The notes under the pieces were generated by a model, which saw nothing but the letters and a program-made list of their open reading frames with translations, was not told the DNA's origin and made no database searches. Below, piece after piece: positions 28,259 to 42,400 of a stretch of 64,000 nt of DNA. The DNA comes from Octopus vulgaris (lineage: Eukaryota): positions 146,940,001 to 147,004,000 of the forward strand of contig OX597815.1 in NCBI GenBank assembly GCA_951406725.2, in the 5' to 3' direction. The number at the start of each line of letters is the position of its first letter. The first letter of the stretch is position 1. The position numbers and the translations under genes are program-made.

Positions 28259-28800
28259 TAGAAAGCAGGGCATGATGTCAAAGTGATACTGGGGTAAAAT
28301 ATACAAAGCTCAATATACCCAACATGACTACCTGTCTGATAAGGGTACACCAGGAAGAAGCATCACAACCATATGTAAATGAAATAGTGATCTATTATTA
28401 AGATAAACAGTGCATGACTTTGCAAGTGGGGAGCAGTTAGAATTTTCTTCAGGGTGAGTAGCCCATCCTTCTCAAAAGGTCCCTGAATAAAGTTTGTTTA
28501 AGCACGATGAAGAAAACGCTCAGGTTTCCCATGTTGAATTATTGAAACCCCAAAGAATTCCTCTCGACACATGGCTATTATGGTCCGCCACTATTTCTGT
28601 TCGTGATCAGGGATGCAGATAACGTTCGCCACTGAGGAATATGCTCAACTGGTTAAGGTCAAACAACTGACAAGCAAATCTGTGGCATTGAGTAGAATAT
28701 TTGCTGTAGCCCATCTTTTACACCAAGACAAACATGTACGTGATAACACTTTCGGTTAGTTAAGATCAGAATCTTACCAGTACCTGGTACTGCATTAGGG
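28259..28800 (-). mobile_element. Family D non-coding retroposon, about full length
   Basis: Colinear with 37750-38280 over ~530 bp. Confidence 0.8.
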
Positions 28801-28803
28801 CGT

Positions 28804-28862
<59 letters not shown>

Positions 28863-28875
28863 TATTGTTGTTGTT

Positions 28876-28922
<47 letters not shown>

Positions 28923-28941
28923 CAACAACAACAACAACAAC

Positions 28942-29000
<59 letters not shown>

Positions 29001-29027
29001 TAATAAAAATAATAATAATAATAATAA
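28804..29027. repeat. Compound (CAT)n/(TTG)n/(AAT)n/(AAC)n microsatellite, 5' flank of R4 element
   Basis: Direct reading. Confidence 0.95.
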
Positions 29028-29031
29028 GGAG

Positions 29032-29146
29032 AGAACACCGGGGGACGTTTAAGAAGAACACCGGGGGACGTTTAAGAAGAACACCGGGGGACGTTTAAGA
29101 AGAACACCGGGGGACGTTTAAGAAGAACACCGGGGGACGTTTAAGA
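29032..29146 (+). repeat. Five perfect copies of a 23-bp unit at the 5' end of the R4 element
   Basis: agaacaccgggggacgtttaaga at 29032, 29055, 29078, 29101 and 29124. Confidence 0.97.
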
Positions 29147-29347
29147 TGTAAGAAGGAAAATTCAGAGCTCCGAACTCTATCCACAAACATCGAAAACAAG
29201 GACATCCTATGGAGCCAAAGTTTTACTAACAAAGAATTGGACTGTATCCGAGTAAGTAATACTAATTGAAATTTATTACTATTTTCGAAACGAAATGATG
29301 GATTTTGACTCGATATCATCTCCACCTCTAACGCAACACATGTAAAC

Positions 29348-32300
29348 ATGCGTGGAACATCACGATCATCCCCGACCCCAAACACCATGTACAAAGGAAC
29401 TACGAAGAAATTAAATGCCACCCATACTATTCAACCCAAGAATAACAATCGAGCGGTACGTACATTAAACTTACAACAAAAAATGTACGAAAAACTACAC
29501 GTGCGAAATAGTGTGACAACAGAAATAAACGGACCGGTACCCTACGAAAATGACGACCGTCAAAATAATGGGCCGGACGTTGTACCTCATGTCCCGCAAA
29601 TAAAACCCAAAAGACGTAAATGGACACGTGAGGAATACATTTCTATCTTACACGCATACTTCACAGCAGTACTCTACCCAAAAAATGAAAATACAACAAC
29701 ACATACATATAAAATATGGAAGGAAAATAAGAGACATATAGACTTGGATACAGCAATGAACCCTAACAAATTAGCGAACGTACGAAGATACATTCTCAAC
29801 ACAAAAAAATATCAGAAATAGAAATAGAACACCTAAAAGAAAACATACACCAGGAAAATGTAGATAGAAGCCACACAACAATGCCCAATAATATAAACAC
29901 TGAAACTGTAAAACACAAAGACAAACGCAACATTCCCAACAAACACGATGTAAACAACGAAGGGGAGCCTAATGATTATGATAATATAAAAAATAAAATA
30001 ATCAAAGAACTGAAAACCACAGATTTCAAAATGGACCACTGACCATATCTCCCAAGAATCAAAATAAACGAAATAACAACACCTATTATAAACAGAATAA
30101 ACCTAGCCGTCACTGAACTAGCCACTGAAACAAAAAAAAGTGATATCACTGAGCTAAATGACTTAATATACGCAGCAGCCACTACAACCACAAAAGAAGC
30201 TGGATACTCACCCAAACCCGCCCAAACAGGAGTACCACCACCCAAACAAACCCTGTGGATAAATAACATCCAAAACAAATAAAAAAAATTAGAAAAGACC
30301 TGTCGATTCTTAATGAAATCAGCAAACAATCAACGCTACTGAGCAACAAAAAGAGAACAAAAATACTCCGCAAATATAACATCACAGAGAAAGATTTGCC
30401 TAAAATAAAAGAAAAGCTGAAGCAAGATATCCTTGCCAAAACACAAAGGATCCGCCCGTACGAGAAACGCCAACGCTTCTTTGAACAAAACAAAAAGTTC
30501 AACTCCAACCCCAAAAAGTTCTACCAAGAACTGGGCAAAAATAAAATAGAAGTCACTGTAGCACCAACGGCAGAAGAATTGGAAGAATTCTGGAGAGAAA
30601 TATGGTCGGCGAACGAACAACCAAAAAAAAAAGGAGTATTAAAACAACAAACTCAGCATCTGAGCAACTTTGGACCCCCATAACAACTGAAGAGGTCACC
30701 CAGGCACTGCAAAGACTAAGGAACTTGGAGGCACCTGGGCATAACAAGATCCCCAACTTCTGGTTGAAATATCTAACAGGAATGCACAAAATGCTGGCTG
30801 AAAATTTTAACAACATACTGGCAGAGCCAGAGACAATGCCTCAATGACTCACGAACTGGGAAAACCATCTTAATTCCCAAATCAAATGAGACAGCAAAAC
30901 CAGAAAACTACAGACCTATAACCTGTCTCCCTACAATGTACAAAGCATTTACTGCAGTAATATCGCAAAGATTGAACAAGCACCTGGTCGAAAACAACCT
31001 GTTTCCAGAAGAGCAGAAAGGATGCCGCAAAGGCTCATATGGCTGTAAAGATCAACTAATGATTAATAAAGCCATAACTGAAGACAGCCACAGAAAGAAG
31101 AGAGGCCTCAGTATGGCCTGGATCGACTACAAAAAAGCGTTTGATAGCATCCCCCACACATGGATCCTCGAAACACTAGCTATGAACAAAGTTGTACCAA
31201 CAATTATAAAATACATAGGACATTCTATGAATAAATGGCAGACAGTGCTACAGCTCCAAACAGAAGAGGGACTCATGAAAACCAAAGCCATCCCCATTAG
31301 AAGAGGAATATTCCAGGAAGATACGCTCTCTCCACTCCTTCTCAGCTTTCACTGTCACCTCTATCTGATATGCTAAACAGAACTGGATGCGGATATAAAT
31401 CTTACGGCAAAACGATAAGCCGCCTTTTATATATGGATGACCTAAAACTATACGCTACAAATGACAAACAGCTGGAAACACTACTAAAGACAGTTCATGG
31501 ATTTACCAAAGAAATAGATATGAAATTTGGATTAGAGAAATGCGCCAAAGTAACCCTGAAAAGAGGAAAACTAGTGAAGAGTAGCAACATCACACTAGAT
31601 AAAACCAATGAAATAAAAGAATTAGACCAGAACCAAACTTTCAATCCATGAATCTTAAGAATCCATGCACTAGATAAGACACAACACACACAAATGAAAG
31701 AGAAAATAAAGAAAGAATATTATAGACGAGTTAGATCAATACAGAAAACAGAGCTCAATGCTAAAAACAAGATAATAGGTATCAACACTTTAGCCGTCCC
31801 AGTTATAAGTTACAGCTACAATATCCTTAACTGGACACGAAATGAACTGACCAAAATAGATAGGAAAACAAGAAAATTAATGACAGGATCTAGGATGCAT
31901 CACCCAAAATCTGACATAGAAAGGCTATATATACAACGTATAGATGGTGGTAGAGGCCTTATACAGCTGGAAAACTACTATAAAATAACCACCATAGGAC
32001 TGCAGAAATATCTACTTCAGAAGGAAGGAAAACTGATACAAATAGCGGCAAAACACGAGCAAAATAAAAAACTGTTCTCAGAATTTAAGGAAGCTGACAA
32101 ATACAAACAAGAAATCATACCACCAAACAAATATGAAGAAGAGAAGAAGAAGATGAAGAAACAACAAAAGCTATAAAACAATTGAAATCCAAACTAAAAA
32201 TAGAACAGCAACGAACCATGATAAAACGATGGCAAGAAAAGCCCCTTCATGGCAAATACTGAACTAAACTAAATGCAAAAGAAATAGACAAAGAAAAATC

Positions 32301-32995
32301 CCGACAATGGTTGAGAAGCTCAGGACTCAAAGCAGAGACAGAAGGATTTTTAATTGCAGCACAAGACCAAAGCCTCCCCACCAGAAATTACGAAAAACAT
32401 GTAATGAAAAGAAATATAACAAGTAACTGCAGAAAATGTGGAGATGGACAAGAAACAATAAATCATATTATCTCTGGCTGCCCAGTCCTGGCTAAGAAGG
32501 AATATATTCACAGACACGACGGAGTTGGGACCTATATACACTGGAAACTATGCCAACGTTATGGAATAACAACAGAAAAAAGATGGTATAGGCACACACC
32601 AGAAAAGGTCACAGAAAACGAGAAAGCAACCATACTCTGGGATATGCCAATACACACAGATAGAGAAATTAAGGCCAACAGACCAGATATAGTTGTCAGA
32701 AATCATGAAGAAAAAAATGTTTTCTAATTGATGTATCAATACCAGCGGATGACAACGTGTCTCTAAATGAAATGGAGAAACTTTCAAAATACAAAGACTT
32801 GGAAATAGAGGTAACTAGAATGTGGAATCTATAAACAGAAACAATTCCTATCATAATAGGTGCATTAGGCATGATAAAAAAATATTCAGACAAATACATA
32901 ACAAAAACACCAGGACTTACAAACACATGTAACATACAGAAAATTGCACTACTAGGCACCGCACACATCCTACGCAGAACACTTTCCATACAATA
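29348..32995 (+). pseudogene. Disrupted retrotransposon polyprotein (DNA-binding, RT, CCHC, restriction-like endonuclease)
   Basis: Split across ORFs 29348, 30396, 30602, 30936, 31370, 31694 and 32311 by frameshifts and stops. Confidence 0.9.
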
Positions 32996-33096
32996 ACCAT
33001 CAGAACATCACAATAAATCACAGCAGATACCCAAGGCAAACAAAGCTGCGCTCGGTAGTGAAGTGAAAGCACGATATAAAAAATATACTACTGAAC

Positions 33097-33158
<62 letters not shown>

Positions 33159-33335
33159 GGCGAGCTGGCAGAATCGTTTGCACACCGAGCAATATGCTTA
33201 ACAGTTCAAATTCCGCCGAGGTTGACTTTGCCTTTCATCCTTTCGGGTTCGATAAATTAAGTATCAGTTAAATACTGGATTCGATGTAATCGACTAATCC
33301 CCTTCCCCAAATTTCAAGCTTTCTGCGTAGAAAGG
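33159..33335 (+). mobile_element. SINE family A directly after the (AAT)n tail
   Basis: ggcgagctggcagaatcg head plus core. Confidence 0.85.
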
Positions 33336-33441
<106 letters not shown>

Positions 33442-33796
33442 GAAGAAGAAGAAGAAGAAGAAGAAGAAGAAGAAGAAGCTACGGCGAATAGCGTCTGAAA
33501 GAAGAGTCCGAGTGAACAGGTTTTTTTTCAACTAATAACGATCGGAAGTCGCCTACTTTGGAGCAATTATTCATCGTTGAAATTTATGGTGATAGTTGGA
33601 CTACATTTTATACTTTCTTATTTGATCGCTCTATAACTCAGCCACTCTATTTGTGAACATTTAATGGCTAATAAAGAAAATATTTTAATCCTTAATGTTC
33701 CTGCTGCTGTTACTGCTATTATTATTAGTATTATATTTTCTTCATTTGCTACATATTTGTAACGAAGTGAATAAGAATACAAGACATACGTATATA

Positions 33797-33954
33797 GGGA
33801 CAGAAGTGGCTGAGTGGTAAGTAGCTTGCTTACCAACCACATGGTTCCAGGTTCAGTACCACTGCATGGCACCTTGGGCGAGTGTCTTCTACTGTAGCCT
33901 CTGGCCGACCAAAGCCTCTTGAGTGGATTTGGTAGGTGGAAAATGAAAGAAGCC

Positions 33955-34012
<58 letters not shown>

Positions 34013-34280
34013 GCACGCACACACACACACACACTCACACACACATATATATGTTTGTGTGCATATATATTTGTGTATCTGTGTTTGTCCACCACCATCA
34101 TGGCTTGACAACCGATGCTGTTGTGTTTACGTCCACGTATCCTAGCGGTTCGGCTGAAGAGTCCGATAGAATAAGTACTAGGCTTACAAAGAATAAGTCC
34201 TGGGGTCGATTTTCTCGACTAAAGGTGATGCTCCAGCATGGCCGCAGTAAACTGACTGAAACATGTAAAAGAATAAAATA
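33797..34280 (+). mobile_element. SINE family B
   Basis: gtggctgagtggtaagtagcttgc head; ggcaccttgggcgagtg; internal (TA)n. Confidence 0.88.
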
Positions 34281-37200
34281 ATGCATGTATAGATATTCTC
34301 AGACACACACACATACACACATATACACACACAAACACGCATATTATACACACATGTCCACAGAAATTAAGTACAATTAGATACCAACTAATTAAAAGAA
34401 GATATAATCTAGAGAAATATTACATGAATCTTATCTGCTAAGGTTGATGCAGAGCACTCCCCGTCTCTCTGTCCCCGTGACATAACCTTTTCTAATAGAG
34501 TAATCATTTCATATCTTAATTTTAAAGCTAAATAAGTTATGTCTTGCATATTAATTATTCATTGAACTTAATTGTTTGTCTTTCATTCTAACTTTTGAGA
34601 TTTAGAGACATTAGAATTGTACAATTTTACCTATTAACTCTATGCTTCATTTTCGAAGAACGATGAATCATAGTTCATGTACGGTTTCTTCACTTTCTTT
34701 GCTGTATTTATGAGAAGGAATCTTGTAGATCGGAGGAAATTTCTCTTACTTACTAACTTTTCTTGTGCGCTGAATTTTCTTTGTAATTATCTTTTCTTTT
34801 TTTCCTTCGCGTTTTCAATGAGTATTTGTAAACATTACTCTATAAGTATTCTTTCTACCTCATCGAACTAGGTATGTATCGTACAACAAATGAGTACTTT
34901 TCGCAGATGACGTATTTGCTTACCTATTTGTGATGCTGGTCCTGAAGTTATTTCCTTTGATGTCCCCAAAGTTTTGCTTCTTAGCACTCAGGTTTTTCTT
35001 TATTCTCGCTATTTTCACCATTATTGTGTTCCGTATGTTTTGCTGGATTATCTTAATTCTTCCACATTAAGAGGGGTTTTAGTCCTGAAAATGTAACTAC
35101 CAAGCTTTCAGTCCTATCTTCAATCTTATGCCTTTTGTCTCGGCGTCTTCTACTTGTCAAAGTTCTGTTATGGCGCTGTGGTGTTCGATGTGTTTAGAAC
35201 TTGCAAAACTATATAGATGTTGCCTGGACACGTGTCATTTTTTTAATTTAAGCCTGCTTTGTCCACTCTTCCACACTGCTACATAAATGCCCAGCTAACC
35301 CTGTTTCTCTCTCTTATTGAGAGACACGTTATATTCTTTTACTGGTGTCCTGTGGTACAAATGTATGTCTATCAAGTAGTTTCAATCTATCTTATAGATA
35401 CATCTTCAGTTGTAAAGGTACAGCAGATAAAGCCTTGCTTTTGCCTTTATCAGTTGAGAAAAATAACTGCAGATATGTCACTGAGAGCTTTGTGTAGTGA
35501 ATAGCAAGGAAAATGTTATTGGCTTCTCAGTGTTCGTAGGTAGATGTATACAATATTTATCGTTGTCTTCATCCTGATTAGCTTATGAGGCACAGAAATT
35601 CTGATAATTGTTTTAAAATTCAACCAGTTGAATTATTCTTGTAACTCTAATGGATCTCACAAGAGAGAATTGACACAGCTGCTAAATGAACAGACCACAG
35701 TATTTGGAATTGTGCAAAATTTATTGTGCAATGCTATCGTTATTGTTATGACTGTTATTGACATTTAAATGACATATTTCGAGTATTTTGTAATTAGTTT
35801 CCCCTATTAATTTTTCATTATGCCGTTGGTTTCCTTCATCTTAAAAAAATTTGTTGAGTGTTTTGAATTTGTGTTGTTTTTAGTCGTAGTGTCCTGTTGT
35901 ATTTTGTCGTGTAACATATTTGTGTATTGTAGCTCTTTTAGATGTGAAACGTTCATGTGTGCAGCTATACATGTTCGCTAATATGCTAATATTGTCTAGA
36001 ATCACCAACGTTGCAATCTTTTCTCACTCTCTTATTGCACCTCACCGTTCAGATACGTAACTCTTGCAGCAAATGGCCTACATTGACTCACTATTCAATA
36101 CAATCTCCTTGCCAAAAACCATGTATTCTAGAACATTGTTTTACCGATATTATTTACCATAATGCCTAGATAAAACACATACACACACACATACACACAC
36201 AAACGCGCGTTTTTCTGTTTATAGCTTGACTAAAGAGAATTTATTCAAAACGTCGATATTTTTTCTATTTCTTTAACAACTATAATACATTTGGTCTTTG
36301 TATTGATTTTGAGTTCTGCTTTTACTTTTTTTTTCCCAATTTGTCTTTATTCTCACGCTGCCTTAGAGCGAAACACCGAATCCATCAGAACCTGAACTTC
36401 TTGATATACACCCAGATTCTTCGGTAAGTAATTACGCTGTTAGTAACAATTTATGAAATAAATTTTGCTTAATTAACGTTTAAATATTAATATTTTTAGT
36501 AACTTTCCTTTCGTCACGACGCGATCAGCGACTCATCTAAGTACAGAAACAATGTGTTGTGAAATTGTAATTTGAGATATTTCTGACCATGTGTAAAGTA
36601 AATTATTCAACAATTTTGATGATGTTGCTGGTTTTGTTTACTTTTTATATCAAGAAGTGACACATGTTTCCTACATGTGTGTTATGCTAGCCATATCAAG
36701 GAGATGACTTCACTCATCTTTCCATTTTCTTTGAAATGATAAATGTGCGCCTTCCCACTCCCAAATCTCTATTTGGTGATATCCGCAAACAGCCGCTAAG
36801 AAGGAATGTAAAATAATATTCTTATTTAAGGGATGTTATGTAAAGTTCTTATATTTCCTTGATTGCCGTGTCTTCTCGATTACTCCCTAAGCCACATCAC
36901 CGTGTGTTTATATCAACTACCCACATATGAGACCCATCCGTCTCTCTTATCTTGCATGTATTGGTACGCACTCTCCCAGCATGAGCTGATGAATTAATGT
37001 ATGTCGCATACTCTGACAAATTTAGAATGCTCCAATGTTCAGTTTTGTACTCCACAATCTAACTCTTACACATAAATAATCTATTCATTGTCTCATTTAC
37101 ATGCCCACTCTTACATAGATAATTTTGCCGGTTATTTTCCCGTAACCTTCTCATCCATGCGTCTTTTCACATGCAATCAATGGTCTCAAGTCTTAGTTCC

Positions 37201-37287
37201 GCACTCTGGAATTTCATTTTCATTGACTATCGGAATATTCAACAAATCTAGGTCCGTCAACAAAATTTACGCAGTTCCAAAAAGCCA

Positions 37288-37491
37288 GAGTTTGCATAGA
37301 GAGCTTCTTAATGACACAGCCACGTCTTGGTCGATGCAGGCATAAAATCAAAATATATATTCATTTCAGCATGCATGTGAGAGTATGTAAGTGGTGTAGT
37401 ATATTGGTGATGCAGGCTCGGATTAAGCTAGTCTGAACAGTTCCATGATCAAATACACTCAGCGATTGATATCAGTGTTTTAATATAGCTA
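37288..37491. repeat. Left arm of a 204-bp near-identical inverted duplication
   Basis: Reverse complement of 45947-46151; two substitutions and one indel seen. Confidence 0.95.
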
Positions 37492-37749
37492 TACCTCCAT
37501 TAGTTCACTCAATCGTCTCCTCAGTGTAGTTGTAGTTGTAGGAATATTTCTCTCAGATGCACATTGATAATAAGCAAAGCGAAGTGTGATCACTGCAGCG
37601 ACTGAACTACTTCAAAACAAATCTTGTTACTTCAAAATTTTTAAACAAGTCAACGTATTTTCAAACTATATGTTTCAGAGGAACCACGTCTACCAGGTCA
37701 CTAAACAATTAATCTGTGAAGCATTTTGCTAAATTATTTTTTATTATTA

Positions 37750-38280
37750 TTGAATGAGAGAGCAATGCATGTCACCAAAGTGACACGGCTACAGATATAC
37801 GAAGCCCAATACACTCATCATCACCGCCTGTCTGATAAAGGTCCACCAGGTACATGCATCACAAACATATGTGTGCAAAATGGTGATCCCATATCTAGAT
37901 AAACAGCGAAGGAACTTGCAGCTGGAGCCCAGTTAGAATTTTCTTCAGGCCAGTTACAATTTTCATGCAGCTCAAAAGGTCTTTAAATAAAGGTCGTTTA
38001 AGGATGTTGATCAAAATATTCATGTTTCCAGAAGTGAATTATTCGACCCCCTATCAAATTCCCCTCAACATATGGCTATAATACTCATCCACTACTAATC
38101 AGAGATGCAAATATCGTCAGCCACAAAGTGACATGTTCAACAGGTTAAGGTAAAACAACTGACTAGCGAGTCCGTGGTATTGAGCAGAATATTTGCTGTA
38201 ACCCATCTTTGATGCCAAGACAAAACGTACCTGATAATATTTCCAATCAGTTAAGATCAGGAGCCATCAGAACCACTAGA
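37750..38280 (-). mobile_element. Family D non-coding retroposon
   Basis: Preceded by ttattattatt (AAT tail on the minus strand); colinear with 28259-28800. Confidence 0.8.
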
Positions 38281-38789
38281 TGATATTGAATTATTATTAC
38301 TACACCTTGACATGCTCAGCTTGTTGCTGGACGTGTTATTAGTGTAATAGCTGTTTACTTCCCGTTATCCATAGTGATATATTCTTTTCATGACACATGG
38401 GCATTGAGGGGACTCCTTGCACTGCCAAGTGAAGTTGATTTGTAGATGTTTTCTGTTTATATTTTTATTGGCTGTTCCTACCGCGGAATTTGAGCCCAGC
38501 GTGCAAAGACGAAAGAAATGCCTTGCGGCATTTCGTCTGTCGTTATGTTCTGAGTTCAAATACAACCGCGGCTGATTTGCTTTTCATCCTTTCGGGGTCG
38601 ATAAAATAAATACCAGTTGAAAGCTTGCGTCGATGTAATCGACACACCCCTTCCCTTGAAATTGCCGACAGGACCAAATTTACCTTTTTTTTTTGTTTTC
38701 TTTGACAGAGCACTTAACGCTTTTTCTGGGACCACCACTCTCAATGAACGTATCAACAGTTGATATGTAGCAACAATGAGTAAAGTCGG

Positions 38790-39095
38790 TTACGACGACA
38801 AGTGTTCCATTTGATCCGATCAACTGGACACCATACTCGTCAAATTAGAGTGCAAGCAGATGATTGCTCCATTGACACGCGTAATCTTAACATACTTCTC
38901 AAAGAGAGTTAACATGACAAAATATTACAAGGCTGGCCCACGGAAATACAAGTACCTCTAATATCTGCCAGTTGAATGGGCTGCATCAATGAGAATAAAG
39001 CGTTTTGCTCAAGGAGCACAACGCACGGCCATGTATCGAACTCACGACGTAACGATCATGACCCGAATACCATAACCACTAAGTCACGCACCTTA
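38790..39095 (-). mobile_element. Degenerate tRNA-derived SINE (family C-like)
   Basis: ttgctcaaggagcacaacgc...atcgaactc...taaccactaagtcacgcacc resembles 22440-22560. Confidence 0.65.
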
Positions 39096-39194
39096 ACTTA
39101 TAACGACAGTAATGCAGAATTAATGAGCGTTTTATTGATTAGTAATGATGTTAGAGATGAAATGTTGAAAAAGAAAATGTCCCTGTCGCACACT

Positions 39195-39258
<64 letters not shown>

Positions 39259-39400
39259 CATTATTATTATTATTATTATTGTTGTTGTTGTTGTTGTTGT
39301 TCTTTTTGTTGCTGTTGCTGTTGTCGCTGTTGTTATTGTTGTTGTTATTATTATTATTGTTATTGTTGTTGTTGTTGTTATTATTATTATTATTATTATT

Positions 39401-42400
39401 ACTTTTTTTCTACTTCTTTCATATTTGCTTCCATTTCTTGCCGAGTGTCTTCCCGACTCCTAGGGCAAAGAAACTCATAGTATACATTGGTAGGCCATTA
39501 AACCAAACTCAGTAGTTCGTTCATTTTTTTTTTTTTTTTTAAAGTTAAATTAAAATACATGAGCAGCAACAGTTCTCACATCGACAATGCTCTTCTCAAT
39601 ACGTGTGATGTACCAGTTAAGACAATCTTTTGCACTTCTTGCAGGGATGGTAAGCCAGGGATCATTCTCATATAATTTTCGGTTCCCTTCTTGATCATTC
39701 CTAGTGCTCCTACGATCACTGGTATTGTAACCGCCTTGAGATGCCACATTTTCTCAATTTCAATGAGTAGGTCTTTATATTTTCTGAGCTTGTCAAACTC
39801 TTTCGCTGAGATATTATGATCACAGGGGATGCTCATGTCGATCAATAAGCAAACTTTATTGTTTTGGTCTTTCAAAACAATATCTGGTTTATTGGCCTTG
39901 ATGGTTCGGTCTGTATGTACTGGAAAGTCCCACAGAATGGTTACATTTTCTCCTTCAGTTACAGCCTCAGGGTGGTGATTATACCACTTGTCGGCAGTTT
40001 TGATATTTTAATGCCGACTTATTAGCCAGTGGAGATATTGGCCAACTCTGTCATGTCTTAATTTATACTCCACTGGTGCTAAGACTTTACATCCAGAGAT
40101 TAGGTGGTCCACTGTTTCAATCATGTCGTTGCAGAATCGGCATTTTGGGTCTGCTCCATTTTTCATCACATTGGCCTGGTAGTTCCGGGTTAATAGGCTT
40201 TGATCTTGAGCAGCCAGGATGAAACGTTCGCTCTCTGCTTTTAGCCCTGAGCTCCATAGCCACTGATGGGTTTGCTTCTGGTCAACATCAGCTTGTTTGC
40301 TGCGGGTCACATATTTGCCGTGCAGAGGTTTCTCCTCCCACCTATCAGCCAATTGCTCGTGCGCTTTTTTCATTGCCATCATTTTCACCTTCTTTGCAAC
40401 AATAGTTGCCGTACTTCCCTCATGTTGTTCAGTTTGGGTATCCTGCACGAGATCAATAGCAATTTTTTTGCTTTCCTTTATGATAGAATGAAGCTTCTTT
40501 CGTCTCTCGTGATTTTCCACGAGCTTTAGGATCCAGTCATTCGATATTTCGAGATATTTGACCAGTCCAATTGTGGATGTTTTGTAAGCTATTTCAAATT
40601 GGATCAGGCCTCGACCTCCTTGGGCTCTGGGAAGGTAAAGGCGATCTACGTCTGCCTTTGGGTGGTGCATCCTATTACAACTCAGCAGCTTGCGTATTTT
40701 CCTATCTATATTCTTTACTTCGCTCATATTCCAGTTCAACACATTGTAGCTATAAGTAACAACTGGAACTGCTAAGGAATTTATAGCTAACACCTTGTTA
40801 CGTGCATTAGTTCAGATTTCAGGACTGCACGAACTCTCCTATAACATTCCTTCCTGACTTTCTCTTTCATCCTTGCATGCTGAATACCAGAGCCTTCATT
40901 TATCCCTAAATATTTGTATGTTTGTTCTTGCTCAAGCTCTCTTATGACTGTGTCAACATCTAACACGACTGAATTTGTGGTCTTCACTTTCCCTTTCTGG
41001 AAAGTGGCCTTGGCACACTTCTCAAGTCCAAACTCCATCCCGATGTCATCGCTGAATGCTTTCACGGTGCGCAATAGGCTTTCAAGTTCATTATTGTCTT
41101 TACCATAAAGTTTTAAGTCATCCATATAAAATAGATGGCTTATTTTTTTATTGGCAATTTTATACCCATACCCTGTTCTGTTTAACTCACTTGTAAGGAG
41201 TATTAGGGCTATGCAGAATATTAAAGGTGAAAGTGAGTCACCTTGAAAAATTCCACAGTTGATGTTTATATTTTCTGAGTATACCATTAGAGTGGTATAA
41301 TTGGAGATTCGTATTCCACAACGACATATTGTGCTTCAGGAAGTTTGAAATCACAGGGGAAATTTTGAAGATGTCCAGCGATCTCAAGATTCATGGATGC
41401 GGTATACTGTCGAAGGCCTTTTTATAGTCAATCCATGCGATGCTGAGATTTCTGCGCTTGTTGTGACAGTTCTCAAGAATCATACGATTGATTAGCAGTT
41501 GATCTTTGCATCCGTAAGAGCCTCGGCGGCACCCTTTTTGTTCAATGGGGAAAATATCGTTCTTCTCCATGAATGCATATGTTTTCTCCGCCAGGATAGA
41601 TGTTAGGATTTTATACGTGGTGGATAGACAGGTTATAGGCCGATAGTTTTTTGGAAGGTTGGTTTCGTTATTCTTTGGGAGTAGGTAAGTAATGCCACTT
41701 ACTAACCATACAGGTGTTTTCTTTGGGTCTCTCATAATTCCATTGAGCAGCTGAACTAGCTTACCGTGTGCGCATGGGAGCGATGCAAACCAGAAATTCG
41801 GCACCCTATCTTTACCGGGGGATTTCCAATTATGGGCCTTCGTGAGTGCCTTTCTTAGGTCTGCTATTGTGATGTCTTCCCATGCTTGTTGTAAATTTTG
41901 GTAGGATCCTTCAGTTTGTATAATCCAGTCTGCATTTATGTTGTACGTCTTCTTGTCACTCCAAATCCTTTTCCAAAAGTTTTGAACTTCTTCCATGGGA
42001 GGGGGGTCTTTAACGGTTACTTTCTCCTTCCCTATTTCTCTGTAGAATTTTTTAGCATTGGATGTGAACAGCTTATTTTGCTTGTAAAACTTGTTTCTCT
42101 TCTCAAATCTTCGTATTCTTTGGGCTTTTGCTTGGACTTTTTGTTTCAGCGTTTCTTTTATTGATATCAGTGAGGATCCAAATTTTCTCTTCATCTTTCT
42201 TCCTGTTCTGGATCTTACATCATTTCTACATATTAGTTCATTTAATATTGATATTTCCCCTCTCATAAATTCAATCTCTTTTTCAATTTTACTTCTCCAG
42301 GTTTGATTTCTTCCCAGGTTTTGTTTTCTTTGTTTTTTCGGGGGCATACAGCTGGTTTCAATTGCCCTAGCAGAAGCGTAGATAATTTCATTTAACTCAG

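Larger units (their letters stand above)
29028..33096 (+). mobile_element. Near full-length R4/Dong-type RLE non-LTR retrotransposon inserted in (AAT)n
   Basis: (AAT)n on both sides; Myb-like KWTREEY motif, RT motifs (EEQKGCRKG, WIDYKKAFDS, RGIFQEDTLSP, YMDD), CRKC..HIISGC knuckle, RHD, RPDIV, KYKDL. Confidence 0.93.

Noticed and set aside
29032-29146. CRISPR-like direct repeats
   Set aside because: The units are contiguous with no spacers, the context is eukaryotic, and there are no cas genes.
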